Origin: Podarcis melisellensis
Taxonomy: Eukaryota
Strand: one strand, 5' to 3'
Length of the DNA stretch: 64,000 bases
Assembly: GCA_964234715.1 (NCBI GenBank)
Contig: OZ174288.1
Of this stretch, positions 25,372 through 38,451 are shown one piece after another. Made by a program: the position numbers and the translations under genes. The notes below the pieces were generated by a model. It worked only from the letters and a program-made list of their open reading frames with translations, was not told the DNA's origin and did no database searches. The number at the start of each line of letters is the position of its first letter. Position 1 is the stretch's first letter.

Positions 25372-27239
25372 CAGAAAGTTGTAACACCATTTCCACCCAC
25401 CGTGCTACTTTTGTTCAGATTTGTGAACACCCATCATGAACTGTTGTCCTAACAAGTAAGTGATAGGTTTACACACTTTGATTGACTCTGGAGCAAATCA
25501 ACAGCCAGGATGTTCCAGGAAAGTCCTGCAATGGGGGCCTTTTTAGACTAGTGAGCACATTTTGAATTTTGAGAGTGTGCTGGGGGCATCAGTCACAAGA
25601 TGGCTGCCTTGGAATGGGCATAGCATAACACAAAATGATTGTCCTGGGAAGTGTAGGAGAACACAAAATTAAGAGAGGCAACCACCCCTGACAATCTTAC
25701 CATGGGAAGTCACCTCGGTCCTGTTGGTACTGGTTGTAGAGATAAGACACCACATCCCTCTCCTATACACACACAAACACAGAGAGGCTGTGGCTGTCTA
25801 ATAACAGAGTATTCCTCAGTACTAGGAAAACCCCACTGATTTCAAATAAATTGCTTAGAACGTATCTGCACATTTTGTCCCATAACATTCTTTTGAAGAG
25901 GGCTAAAGAATTACTTTTAATAAGAAAGAAAAGAAAGAAAATGCTCAGAGTCTAGGGCACCTGGATGGCGATCCGTGCCCTACAAGGCTAGTACAATTTT
26001 ATTCAGAGTGGCACTCTTTATTGCTCTCTTCATGGGGTTTTCTTCTCTCCAGTTTGAACACTATGTAAGGCAAAATTATTTTGTTTACCTTCCTCCTGCC
26101 TACCTTCATTTCTTAGAGAGGCTTATGTATAGCCTCTGAGTAGCAGCTTATGCCCTCCCCAGTGCCAGCAAAATGTCCCTTCGCAGCAGCTCCAGGAATA
26201 GCACCGTTATCAGATACTTTAAGAGCCAGCACAAGAGTGTAAAAAAACACTGCCTAGGTTAAGGGATGCTCAAACTGCGAGCTGAGCAAAGAGAAAAGGA
26301 AATTCAGCTCAGAATTGCAAATGCTGCTCTGGCCAAGCTGTGTGGACAGTTTGAGGTGCAGGTGAGTCAATTCCCCCCACTGCTCACAAATCTCCAAAAG
26401 GTTCTCCCCCCAAATAATGCAGCATTATAGACACAAACCATCCACCTGCTGCCCATTATCCAGACAGCTGGCATTCTACACTGAGAAGCATGATGATTCT
26501 GGCAATAGGTGAACCCCTTGATAACAGACAAGTAGACCCCCTTTCTTATCAACTCCCTTCACACTTTATATGCCCTTCCTCAGACAGCTGCATCTCCAGC
26601 CATCAGCTGGGAGAACTGTTCTGCAGCTGTTTATGAATTCTCCAACAAATGTGCTTTGGAGAATGCCTAGACCACTCACAACTTTCTCTAATTCTTCCCC
26701 CACTCCAGCCATTAAGCACATAATTAACCTTTCCCCATGTGCGGAACACAGACAAGGTCAGCAATACAGTAGTGGTAAGGATTAAATGCAGGCTACAACT
26801 CTGGTTGCAGGCACAGCCTCTTGCAAACAAATCTTTTGTAATCTTGGCACAAGCCAGTACATGTGCTTGGAACGGGGGGCGGGGGAGACCAAGTGATGAG
26901 ATGCTGTAGGCCTACAGGTCACAGATGGAGAGCCAACAAAAGACTTAAAGCTTTGCTAGACAGATGGGTGCTGTCATCTACTGTGACCTTGCTACTCTAC
27001 CATGGAAAGTGCCAGCCTATGGGTGAACACAGCATACAGGGAAGCAGGAAGGACAAGCATCACAATATCTAGGAACTTAAAACCCCCCCCTACCCCAAGG
27101 TACCTTAGTCTATGCTGCTACTTTAAAATGGGCTATCCTATAGATGAGCCATTCTTGACTTGCTATTTGCCCATCCACACTTTCAAAACTTCAGCATAAA
27201 CAAAATCCATAAATCCTTAAGAAGAGCCTTCTCCTACAT

Positions 27240-27600
27240 GAAGCTATCTATCAATTAAAACCTTAATTTGAGGTCCTTCTCCAGGTACCTCCCTCATGAG
27301 GTGGAACAAGTTGCAGGAGCAGCAGAGAGGGCTTTTTCTGCTATGGCACCCCAGTTGTGGAATTCCCTCCCTAGGAAATTTCTCCTAGGACTGACATTGC
27401 CATCATTCAGACACCAGGATAGGTCCATGCAGTTTGCCCATGTTTTTAATAGCATTTGCAATTCCTGGTTGCTGGTGCTTCTCATTTGCATTTTTATTGC
27501 CTGTTTTAATTAATTCTATTTTATTTGTTTTTATTGCTCTTATAAGCCACCTTGAGGGCTTGTTAAAGCTGAAGAGTGGGAAAGAAATCCCTTCAATAAC
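27240..27600 (+). mobile_element. L2 LINE 3' fragment
   Basis: Encodes ERAFSAMAPQLWNSLP (L2 ORF2 C-terminus), followed by a T-rich UTR and a TAAGCCACCTTGAG tail. Confidence 0.75.
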
Positions 27601-27854
27601 AGGATGAATAAACAGGCGGTTCTTTTTATATTTGGAAAGGCTTCCCTAATGTTTAACTTAAAATCTACAGGTCTACAATTTAAATCCAGCGTTGCTATTC
27701 TAGTAGATATGGGTAAATAATGGCTCTCTCACGTCTTACCTTTTAAAAACAAAATGTGAAAATCAACACCCTTCTGTATTTTTGTGTGTGCTAAAAGTAG
27801 TATACTTTGCTTGGTATGGGTGACTTTTAGACTGTGCTACAGTACTATCTTTGT

Positions 27855-28119
27855 TTCGAATCCCCGTGATGGAGTGAGCTCCCATTGCTCAGTCCCAGCT
27901 CCTGCCAACCTTGCAGTTCGAAAGCACGTCAAAGTGCAAGTAGATAAACAGGTACCGCTCCGGCAGAAAGGTAAACGGCGTTTCCGTGTGCTGCTCTGAT
28001 TCGCCAGAAGCGGCTTAGTCATGCTGTACGCCGGCTCCCTCGGCCAGTAAAGCGTGATGAGCGCTGCAACCCCAGAGTCGACCACGACTGGACCTAATGG
28101 TCAGGGGTCCCTTTACCTT
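27855..28119 (+). mobile_element. Sauria SINE, 5'-truncated
   Basis: Characteristic body (GCAGTTCGAAAGCACGTCAAAGTGCAAGTAGATAA...GGTCAGGGGTCCCTTTACCTTT) with an (ACCTTT)-type tail. 12-bp TSD TACTATCTTTGT at 27843-27854 and 28120-28131. CpGs are retained. Confidence 0.9.
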
Positions 28120-29109
28120 TACTATCTTTGTACCTTTCATTTGCTTCAAAGCTTCCAATATCCCTATTCAATGCTGGTGCCCCCAAATGTGAAGGTGGTG
28201 GGAGCTTTACTCCAAATGAGATCTTACTAGCACCTTACCAATGCAATCCAAGAAGCATTATTAATGCAATCTTTTAAAATACAGATATTACCTCTGGCAA
28301 GGTATCATGTCATTGATTTACAGTCTTTCAAGCCTGCTCTTCTCACTACTACAGCCCTAAAGTCCATCTGAACAGAACTATGCCTAAGAATGTCAGCAAT
28401 ACAAAATTTTACATTTGTACTCATATTTATTTTATTACTATTCAATAAATCAATAGCAGTGGAGCAGGTTTCTGCAGTTTTTGATAATTTGCTCAAGTAC
28501 TGTAATATATACTACACTGCATCTAGCTGCCAGAGCTAAACAGAGGGGGGTCCTTAGTATATGTGTGTGTGAAAGAAAATGCTCTGCTTGTGCAGCGATT
28601 CCCAAATGCATTCCCAGAAACTCAAGTTTCAGGGTTGAGGGAATCATTTTGTTTCCCCCATGCAAAGGAGTCCTTGCCTCTTGACAGTCCCAAGGCAAAC
28701 AGATTTCAAGGCAAGGCAGACATTTGGCTACACAAGAAATGCACCCACTCCCATGGGAAGTAAACCATGACTTCAGTATCAAAAATTATGGCCACACAAT
28801 GAAAATTAAGGCTAAACTATGCAAATTGTGTGCTAGTTCTTTTGCCCACATTTTTATAAAGCCGAAGAGAGTATATAAATTATGGAGAGCTTGTTATTAA
28901 AGTAAAATTGGGCCCTTGGGTATGAAGAGCAGTAAAATGAAGATTATACAAGACAGATTTGATTCACTGTTCCAAGAAGCTCTATATACAGGCCTGTATG
29001 TTTCACATGTACTTCACCAGCATACAGATGTGCTTATTCTAAACTCATGATTGGTGTTGATTTTTTTTAATCGTTACCAGGTATGGTGAAGTAGCAGCAG
29101 CAGCAGCAG

Positions 29110-29293
29110 CATAGGAAGCTGCCTCATAAGCAAGTCAGATCACTGGTCCCTCTAGCTTAGTACAGTCTATACCAACTGACAGTGACTCTCTAGTGTCTCA
29201 GACAAGAGTCTTTCCCAGCTCTACATGAAGATGCCAGGGACTGAACCTGGGATCTTCTGCATTTGCTCTACCAATGAGTTACAGCCCTTCCCC
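29110..29293 (-). mobile_element. tRNA-derived SINE of the same family
   Basis: Reverse complement GGGGAAGGGCTGTAACTCATTGGTAGAGC...CCCAGGTTCAGTCCCTGGCATC...GGCAGCTTCCTATG. Confidence 0.75.
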
Positions 29294-32200
29294 CAGGAGA
29301 GGAAAATAGCAACAGGAGCTATGTGGGAGGGTGGAACAACTTCCACCCACACAAAACTTCCTCTCCTCCCACACCCAGCCCCCCAATCTGTTCCAGAAGT
29401 TTGCATAACCCTCAGAGGAGTTTTTTTTTTGGGGGGGGGGGAGGCACAAAGAAAGGAGAGAGGGGCAAAGTTATGTTGAGCAAGTAGAAGTGTTTCAGCT
29501 CAGGAAATGAATTGTGGGTTGCAACCAAAAAGTTCCTCACTCTGAACATGGGGCCTTTGACAAGTAAACCCTACATGTTTCACAAATATCACCATAACCA
29601 CTAAGCCTGTGTTTATATATTTGCCTTTAATATTTGTTATTTTTATTAGAAAAGGCTGGGTGTGTCTGGGTTCTTTGTCAGCAGTCAGATTATGCCTCGT
29701 TTTGCATACAGGGAGACCAGTAATGGCTAAACCACCACCCTTTTCACTCAATTTCAAACCAGCTCAGAATTATTTATGAGCTTTTTCAGATGACTCTTTT
29801 GAAAAAGGCCACCTTTCTCTGAGAGTTCTCTCGCAGCTCATAACGTTTGCTGCACATTATTGTATTGTCTTATCATTTTCAACCACCCGTCAAAATGACA
29901 TCAATTCTTTTTGTCAACGTCTTGGGCACTAATCGCAGCTCAGGCAGACCTGTGCAAACAACCCACTTTCAATTTCTGCGCAATTTGCTTAGCTGTTGAA
30001 TGAAAGATTCTCTCACACTGAACACACTTTTGCACATGCACCTCCTACAAAGCAGCCTGCTCAGACTGAAAGCTGACTGGGCATTTGGAGCATCATATTT
30101 TGACATTCAGAGCTAGAGAAAAGCTTCTTGGGGGGAAGACTTTGATCTGTAGTGCCTCTAAACATTACAAGCTGTGTACATGACCATTCTGAACCAGATA
30201 TTCATGGACTTTGCCAACATTAAGGGAAACATGGAAAACTATCTTCTTTGACCATAGTTCCACAGTGCCAAGACAGCTCCCTTAAGCCTTATAACAATCA
30301 AGTCTTATATGTCCCAGGGCTGCTTTATACCCCTTCATATCAAAAACACTATTTGCTTCAAACCAATGTACTTTCAGTCCTGACTATCCCTACAGACAAT
30401 TACAAAAACCAGTTATTAGTGCAGTTTTGCATCTTGCAGAGAGCTATTAACTGGGGGGGGGGGGGGAGCTCCACAAGTCCAAGAGAAATTCCCAATCAAT
30501 GCACAGTGACAAGTTGCATTGCCTATTTTGTTAGCCACAGGTTATGACTGTTTTGCGAGCAGATGTTGTGTTTGTTTGTACTGAATTATTGCAGCTTGCA
30601 CAATCTGGTGGCAACTAATAAGGAGGTTTAGCTAGTGGGAGCTACAGAGGTCTCAGCATGGCCAGACAGCCGCAGTACTGCAGCTGAGAAGCTGTACCAT
30701 ACATCAGTACAGAAGAGCAGCTGCTTCTCTGCTTGGGATCAGGCAGGTGTTTGGGATCCAGGTAAACTGTCAGCTTGTTCTCTGCTCTACAAAGAGCAAA
30801 GACTTCAATAGGGCCCTAAGCATGGATGCAGAGGCTATCTGGATGTGTGTTATGTTCACTTAGAACACTAAAGGCCTGTGATGCAAATGAAAGAGGCTTA
30901 TTTTTCCAGAGTAGTTAATAAGGACTTCTCTTTAGTTGCTTGATCCAGTGCCAGCTAAATGAGAAGCATTTATTTTGCTGGCAGAGGGACTGCAGCATAC
31001 AAGTCAGGCACTGAAGCTGGCCTAGTTCTACCAGCTACACAAGTTACATATGGCTGTGTATAGAAAACACAGATGGGATATTGCCAATATTTTAAAGGGG
31101 GGGTGCTCCTCTGGGGCACCTCTCCATAAGGCAATTTTATACTTGAAAGCCAGGGAGCGGGAATTGTAGGGTCTACGCAAAGGAGGAAAGGATGGGAAAA
31201 TCCCAGGCACCCACGGCCAAGAAACATGATGCTGCCCCCCTCCACTCACCCAGCCAAATGGGCTGCTGGCACCTAGGAATGCAAAATACATTTTCTAGCC
31301 CACGGGAAACTGATGGAAATTGAATATAAAAATCTAAAGAGGCTAACAGTAAGCAGCATTATAGTGTCATCATTGCCTGCATTTTTCACTTCCTTCTCTT
31401 ATTCCCTTCAGAGAGCATGAGGATTCAGAAAGCTTTTGCGAATGAGGAGCTCTCTAATTTGTCTCCACTAACCCCCAGGCCACATTGCATGGAAAGCGCA
31501 CCCTCAGGCAAGACTGAAGACGATCTCCATGGAGCCCATCAACCTCTCACTAAAAGAAGGCAGGAAGAGCATCGCTGCCTGTGGGTTTGGCTTGACAACA
31601 ACTTGCTTTCTCTGTTCATCAGGAGCATATGAATTAGCACCAGGGAAGGGGGCATGAGGCTACTTGCCCATTAAAATCTAACTGAAGTTAATCAGAATTC
31701 AGATGGTGTCAAGCATCCAATGTAAGAAGGGATGGCTACTATCCCTTATTCTAAAAAAGAGTTTGCTTACACAAAGTAAAGGGGAGACATGCCCTCAAAG
31801 TACATAGCAGACACACACTAAGAAAGCACTAGGGGATGGGCACCAGGGGATCAAAACATTTTTGTAATCTGGCCAGTCAAATAATCATGAAGCATTTCTA
31901 AATCATCACATGGAAGACCCCCCCTTCCCTCCTCATTTTGCAGCAACAATCCCCCATTGCTGCTTTCGCTTCCCCATCTCTACCAATCCACTTCTGTGGC
32001 CTCCCAAACTGTAGCCACTTTCTTTCTTCCTTACCTTCTCACTCTGTAGTCTTAGCAGAGAGATGCTGAGCACCTGAGCCTGTCACAACCTCCCCACTTC
32101 CCAGAGCCTTTCATTGCTAGGCCATGCCCAGCATACTTAGCCACTGCTGCCTAACGCCCCACTCTGATTAGCCCAAGCAGGAAGGGATGGGAGAATGACG

Positions 32201-34016
32201 ACAGAGGGCAGCTCACATGCTGAGAGCACTTCTTGGCACATATGGGTTGGGTGGGAACAGATTGTAGTGACCAATCATGCTTACTAGAAGGAAAGGAACT
32301 CTTGCTACAACAACTGGTATTCGGAAGCATACTGTGTCAAACAACGTAGGCAGAACAAAGCTATTAGAGTTAGTAGCCACTGTTACCCTTATCCTACATG
32401 AATTTAGGTAATCCTCTTTTAAAGCCCTCCCAAGTTGGGGGCCATCGCTGCCTCTTTTGGTAGCAAAGGGAATGCATTGTGTGAAAAAGTACTTCCTTTT
32501 GACTATGCTCACAAGTTCAGCTCCCCCAATCCTCCACGTGTGTTAAGTCTGTGAACCAGCCCCCAGGTGCTACATACAGGATCAGTTATCCTGCAGTAAC
32601 TGTTTCCTGAAGTTGGAGTTGGGGAGAATCAGACATCCTTGGCAAGAGTAAAAACCTGGAGCCCTCCTCATCCTCCCTGGACATGGCAGGTGCAAGGAAC
32701 CTTTGGTTGAAACACAACTCTCATCATCCCTGGCCATGCTTGCTGGGGCCGATGGGAGTTGCAGTTTAGCAACATCTGGGGTGGGTGATTGTTCCCTACA
32801 CTTGGGATAAGGGGTCATGAAAACAGCAGCAGGATCATCTCTACTGGATGGGATTCAAAACTCCACAGAGAAATTACAGCTACCTGCAGATAATTTGAGA
32901 AAAGTCAGCAAGCATAAGCATTTTGGGACCTGAGAAAACACTCTCTGAATCTCATTTGTGTATATGAGCCTGCAGCCTAACCAACAGGGTTGTTGCAAGA
33001 ATAAAATTATACAAGTGAAGCTTTTGGATTAGGGTACAGAGATAATTATGTAAACCAACTGGGACATTGCTTCTCCTTAGCACACGAGGTGCAAAAGAGA
33101 TAAAAGATGGAATCTTTCACTGGGCCAAATTAGGGTGCTTGCAATCCAATTAACTACCTTGGTCAGAGACCTCCTTGAGTCTCAGAGCAATCAGGCCACC
33201 CAAGCCTGTATGACTTAAGAACAGAAAATTAATTTTACTTTAATCCTGTGGTAAATGGTCATGCCCAAAGAACTTGGTGTGGTCTGAATGCTTGCAGAAA
33301 CAGTTTGAACAGGCAGAGCCAGTTCTATAACAGATGCCCCTTTTACTTAGGCTTTCATTACTGACTAAGTCAGTTATGCATCTTGCATACCATGCAGAAT
33401 TTCACAGATGTAATGCACTATATAAGCTGAGGCTGCTGGTGCTGTTTAAAAAAACCAACAAAAAGAGTCCTTGGAAAAAGCTATAATGAGAATTTGGCAC
33501 AGAATCCTTGACCTTCATGTATATCTTAGTCCCTTTTGGCCTTCAGCATTAAAGATGCACAAGCTCTGAGGCCTGTAAAAAGACACACAGAGCAACAATG
33601 AAACACATATCACTACTCGCAAAGAGAAAGAAAAAGCAAAGAAAGCTAAGGCGCTTCTTCAAATACAGGACAACCTGCACTGTCTCCAAGGATGCTCAAA
33701 ACAACTGCTGCCTCCTTCTAACACTACCTAAATCATATTCTAATAAAAGTACTGCTGCTGAAATTGTGAAGTCTACTGCGGCTAAAGCACTTAAATTGGA
33801 AGCCATATAGTATGCAGATATGGCAGCTTCTCATAATCCCGGCACAGTGCTGTGGAATACATAACAAGGAACATAGAAAATGTCCTAGGAAGAGGTCTTT
33901 TTTGTTGTATACCTCCCATGAAAGTGGGCTATGGCTGCATTATGGGATATATGGGGTAGTATAGGCCCAGAGTAGTTGACCCCATTTCACCTGAAGAGCT
34001 ACCGGTGTCCTTAAAG

Positions 34017-34144
34017 CACAGATGGGGAATCTGAGGCCCTCCAGACATTGCTAGACTACAACTTCCATCATCCTTGGCCATGCTAACTGGGTTTGATGGG
34101 AGCTGGAGCCCCAAATATCAGGGGCCACAGGTTCCCCATCCCTG
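34017..34144. mobile_element. Palindromic hAT-type MITE (older copy)
   Basis: Core GACTACAACTTCCATCATCC...GATGGGAGCTGGAG is shared with the 43443 element. Degenerate 8-bp TSD CCTTAAAG/TCTTTAAG. Related degraded copies lie at about 1123-1240, 20680-20805, 32700-32800 and 35670-35800. Confidence 0.7.
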
Positions 34145-36198
34145 TCTTTAAGTACTGTTGCCTTGCTCTGCACCTGTTGAGTCTTATGGCATGGGGATGA
34201 AGAGAGCTACCCCAGAGTGGATCTTCTGTATCTGAGGAGCCAAAAATAGCCATGACATCTGACATGGGAGAACCAGTAGGGGAATGAAGTCTCCTGGTCC
34301 AGGTCATCCTCTGTGCATCAAAGGGGATGGACCAAGAAAAAAAGAAGCTGGGGGGGGATTAGTTTCAGGGTTCAAAGCTTATAATGAATCTGAAGACTGA
34401 TAGCCACCCACCTACCCAGCAGTGACGAAATAAAGAAACTATAGGGAAGCCAGTCAGTTTAGTCACTTATAAAAGTTCAAGGTCACTCTGGATCACTGGC
34501 CTGAGCAAAAAGGGTGTCTTGCTCTGTCTGACTTCAGACTAGTCTTATTTCCCTCAAGACAACTTGATATGAGATAGCTCTGGCAACTAAAATCTCACCC
34601 CAACCCCTAGGCAAGCACTATGATTTTGCTTCAACCCAGGAACATAGTGTGCAGATGCTCTAGCTCTCCCCTCTAATAAGCAGAGTGCAAAGTACTAACC
34701 TTTTCTCTTACTCAGCAGTTTGTAAACATGCATACATCAGAGAAGCAATCAAGGAAACACACAGAAAGGCCTGAATTATATTAGATATGCAAAGTAGGTG
34801 GAAAATTCAAATGCACTGGAGCAGTACCTCTAAATAAAAGCTGTGTAAACATGCTCAGTGCCAATTCAGAAGGTATCAGTTCCTACAATATTCTCCTATC
34901 AGTGGACAGAACTGCAATTTTCTGTTTTCCAAGACTATCAAGCCTACATCAGTCACTAACACATGTTACCTCTATCCATGTGAGCCTTATCATTAGCACT
35001 TTCTCTTCAGGAAACTTCCCCAGCTTTATGTTAAAAATAGCCACATTCTCAAGAACTGGAAACTTTTAAAGCCAATGATTAAAATTAAGCAGAAGCGCAT
35101 CACTCATTGGCTTCAGACACCCACATCTTGCATACTGGATGGCCAAACTGCTCTCTCTCAAATACTGGGTTTCCACATGTGCCTGGTTCACTTTCCAGCT
35201 CTCTGAGCAACAGAGTACCCATGGCAACAAGAAACACGTTGTCAAATGTCCATTTAAGCTGAAAATTAGCCGCATTTACCAAAGTTGACAGCAAGGAACA
35301 ATGTGATAAGCTCAAATGTCAAATATAGTTATGCAATACACTTGCAAGTGATTCCAGTCCTACCAGACCTTTTTGGAGGGTTCTGCTTAGTTCTAGTATC
35401 TCCCTCTGACCCTGACTCCCAGATTGCTCTATGGTGCTACTTCCTGGAATGCTTTTTCTGTTCCTGATTGCTCATGGACTTGTACTCAGCTGCCTCATGG
35501 CCCCAGGTTCCTAGGCCACCTCAGACTGCTGCCCCAACAAAGCCTCAGGAAGGATGAAGATCATTGTATTTTTGACCTTCTTCTAAGGAGCTCAAGACAG
35601 CATAAATAGTTCTCATCATCCCATCTCCTCTACATTATCAACATAGTAACCCTGTGGGGTAGCTGAGACTAGATTTCTCCAACCCGATGCCCTCCAGATA
35701 CTGATAGAATACAACACCCTGCCCCATTTGCCATTCTGGCTGAGGTTGATGGGAGCTGTAGTTTAAAGTCACCAGGAGAGCACCAAGGTGTAGAAGACTG
35801 GCTTGAGACCAAGAGGCATTTACTGACCCCAGTGAGCTTCACAGCTCTGCCAGGATTTGTACCTGGAACTTTCTTGGTCATAGTGTGGCATTCCAGCCTC
35901 TACATTACACCACACTGGTACCCACTCTTAATCTCATTTTCCACACTTTTAGATACCTATTTCAGAAGATTACTGAGAGATAAGAACAGTTTATTGTGTA
36001 GGAACTCTGTGAAGCCTCAAAGTCTCAGGTTTGTTCAAGTATTGAGGGCCACCACCAAGTTTTATCAATTTCAAAGAAACTTGACAGCTTTAAAGAGTAA
36101 AGATTGCTGATCAAGAGGCCAACCAACCATGTAATTGACACTGCTGTGATTCACAGATGAAAGCAATGGTTTGTTGACTATTATTATTATTATTATTA

Positions 36199-36509
36199 CA
36201 ATTGTACTTTAGTTTTCGAACAGCTTAGTTCTTGAACGTTTTGGCTCCTGAATGCCGCAAACCTGGAAGCGAGCGTTCTGGTTTGTGAACTATTTTTGGA
36301 AGCCGAACATCTGATGGGGCTTCATAGAATCATAGAGTGGGAAGAGACCACAAGGGCCATCGGGTCCAACCCCCTGCCAATCAGGAAACCTCTGCAGCTT
36401 CCGATTGGATGCAGGAGCTTCCTGCAGCAAATCAGAAGCCGCACTTTGGTTTTCGAACGTTTTGGAAGTTGAACGGACTGGATTCCGTTCAGTTTCCAAG
36501 GTACAACTG
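36199..36509. mobile_element. Degenerate pogo-type MITE of a related family, carrying a nested CR1-tail fragment (about 36323-36388, minus strand)
   Basis: Ends CAATTGTACTTTAGTTTTCGAAC / CCAAGGTACAACTG. Internal CATAGAATCATAGAGTGGGAAGAGACCACAAGGGCCATC is the reverse complement of the tail seen at 9868-9917. Confidence 0.7.
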
Positions 36510-38284
36510 TCTTATTCTCCATTGAAATGCATGCTGGAATTTCTTAGAAGCTTTCCAAGACTCCTTGTTGAGGAGGACAATAACAGCAGAAATACTTTCC
36601 TAACAAATAGTTTGCCTATCTTCTCCTACAATGTACAGATAAAGGTTACACTGTTAGGGCGTGACACATTACACTACATGTTCATGGTGGGCTAAAGTGA
36701 GACTTTCTAGACCTGTTCAGTGCTCCATGTGATCTTAGTGCTAGATCCTAAGACTTGTTTTGTTTTTTCATTTGGAGCATCAAAAATTGCAGGATTACTC
36801 AGCACAGCCTGGGTACATACTATGTCAAATTTGATTCAAATCACTCTCTGTCCCCCGGGTTCATCCAGTTCTTTGCAGGGAGATGCAGAAGCCATTTGGC
36901 AATTACAGCACATCCCAATGGATTTGCAAAATCCCCCTGCGCATGCTTACATCTTGCCTGGCATTGCCCATATGCAGACAGATTCACTTGAGTACTCCAA
37001 AGTTTTTAGGGGAAGGGAAGGAAACACATACTCCTGATGGGTTCCACAAGGGCCCTACCTGACTTAGAGCACGTACCTGGATTCATGCTATTTAAAATAA
37101 ACAGATTGGAAGTCAGACGAAGGTGCAAAACAATTTGCTCAGAGAGAATTAAGATATAGGCAAAGCACCTTTATAGAAGCCAGATATTTAGCCATGCATG
37201 AAGAGTACCAGAGCTAAGGTGGCTGAAATGAAAAACATGGAAATAGTCCCTCTCACCAACAGAAGAGCTTTTTAAAATAGGGCAGAGCAGAATGAGAACG
37301 ACCATTTTTTTAAAAAACAGTTTATGGCTCTTATAGCTCCAGACGTTTTAAGACTAAGGCCACTAAAGGTTAAAAAACTGGGAGGACACAATAGGTGACC
37401 AAGTTCATTGCATTGTTTGACTCTGGTGATGATTTATTTTACATCTATTTAATGAGATTTTTCAGTAGGCAATTCAAGTATTTCATGTGTGAACATATCA
37501 GTTTCAGAATGGGAGTACAAGAAAGGCACGACTTCTGACTCAACAGGAAGACTATTCTACTTAATTTGATACCAGGTGCTTGGTTCTTTCTGAATTAAAA
37601 CTGGAGGCATATCTTACTCCAAAAAGGAAAAGAAAAGAAAAGAAAAGAAGTATTGTGGAAGCAGAGTGTCTATCTTCTTTGATCATTCTGCAGACCAATG
37701 GGCAGGAATCTTCCTTGCAATAGCAGAATAGCTTGGCTAATAATACTTGCTCTCTTGGCATGCTGCCCTCTCCCCTTGTCCTGTCTGTCAGGTTCAGCAC
37801 GGCACCATGCTTTCCAGGCAACACTGATTCATCTGGGATGCTCACATGCCCATGAGCTGCAGCACAGGCTGCATCAGGGAAACCAGTGCTGCACAGAGGC
37901 TCCTCACCTTGAGGGGCCCAGTGGTGGCTGCATCCAACATGATGTCTTATTTTGTTCCATGTGCTCTTCAGTCTTCTCATGGCATACCAATGAACTTTGG
38001 CATACAATGTGGGAATCACTGCCCCACACCAAGAGATGTCGGAACACTAAAGAGATTCCACTTCTCCAATGTTTACATTTAACATTCATAATGGTATCAA
38101 AGCAAACAGCCAAGAAAATATTTGAAGAGTCTTGCAAATGTGGAGACATGAAGACTCCACTAGCCAACAGAGACAGCCAAAAGCAACCTGGTGTCATAGC
38201 AGGAGTACTACAGCTCACAGGAACCAGTGGCAAATCATCACTTAAGACCACCACAACCCCTCAGTATGGGCATCCTCTCATTTT

Positions 38285-38451
38285 CATAGAATCGTAGAAT
38301 TGTAGAGTCGGAAAGAATTCCAAGGGTCATCCAGTCCAACGCCCTGCAATGCAGGAATCTCAACTAAAGCATCCATGACAGATGGCCTGCCAACCTCTGC
38401 TTAAAAACCTCCAATGAAGGAGAGTCCACAGCCTACTGAGAGAGTCTGTTC
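38285..38451 (-). mobile_element. CR1 LINE 3' end fragment
   Basis: Reverse complement reads ...TTCCTGCATTGCAGGGCGTTGGACTGGATGACCCTTGG...CTCTACAATTCTACGATTCTATG, the CR1 (ATTCTRTG)n tail. Confidence 0.82.

Noticed and set aside
37561-38297. Overlapping 199-aa and 152-aa ORFs
   Set aside because: No homology recognised, no convincing splice or start context; consistent with chance ORFs in intron.
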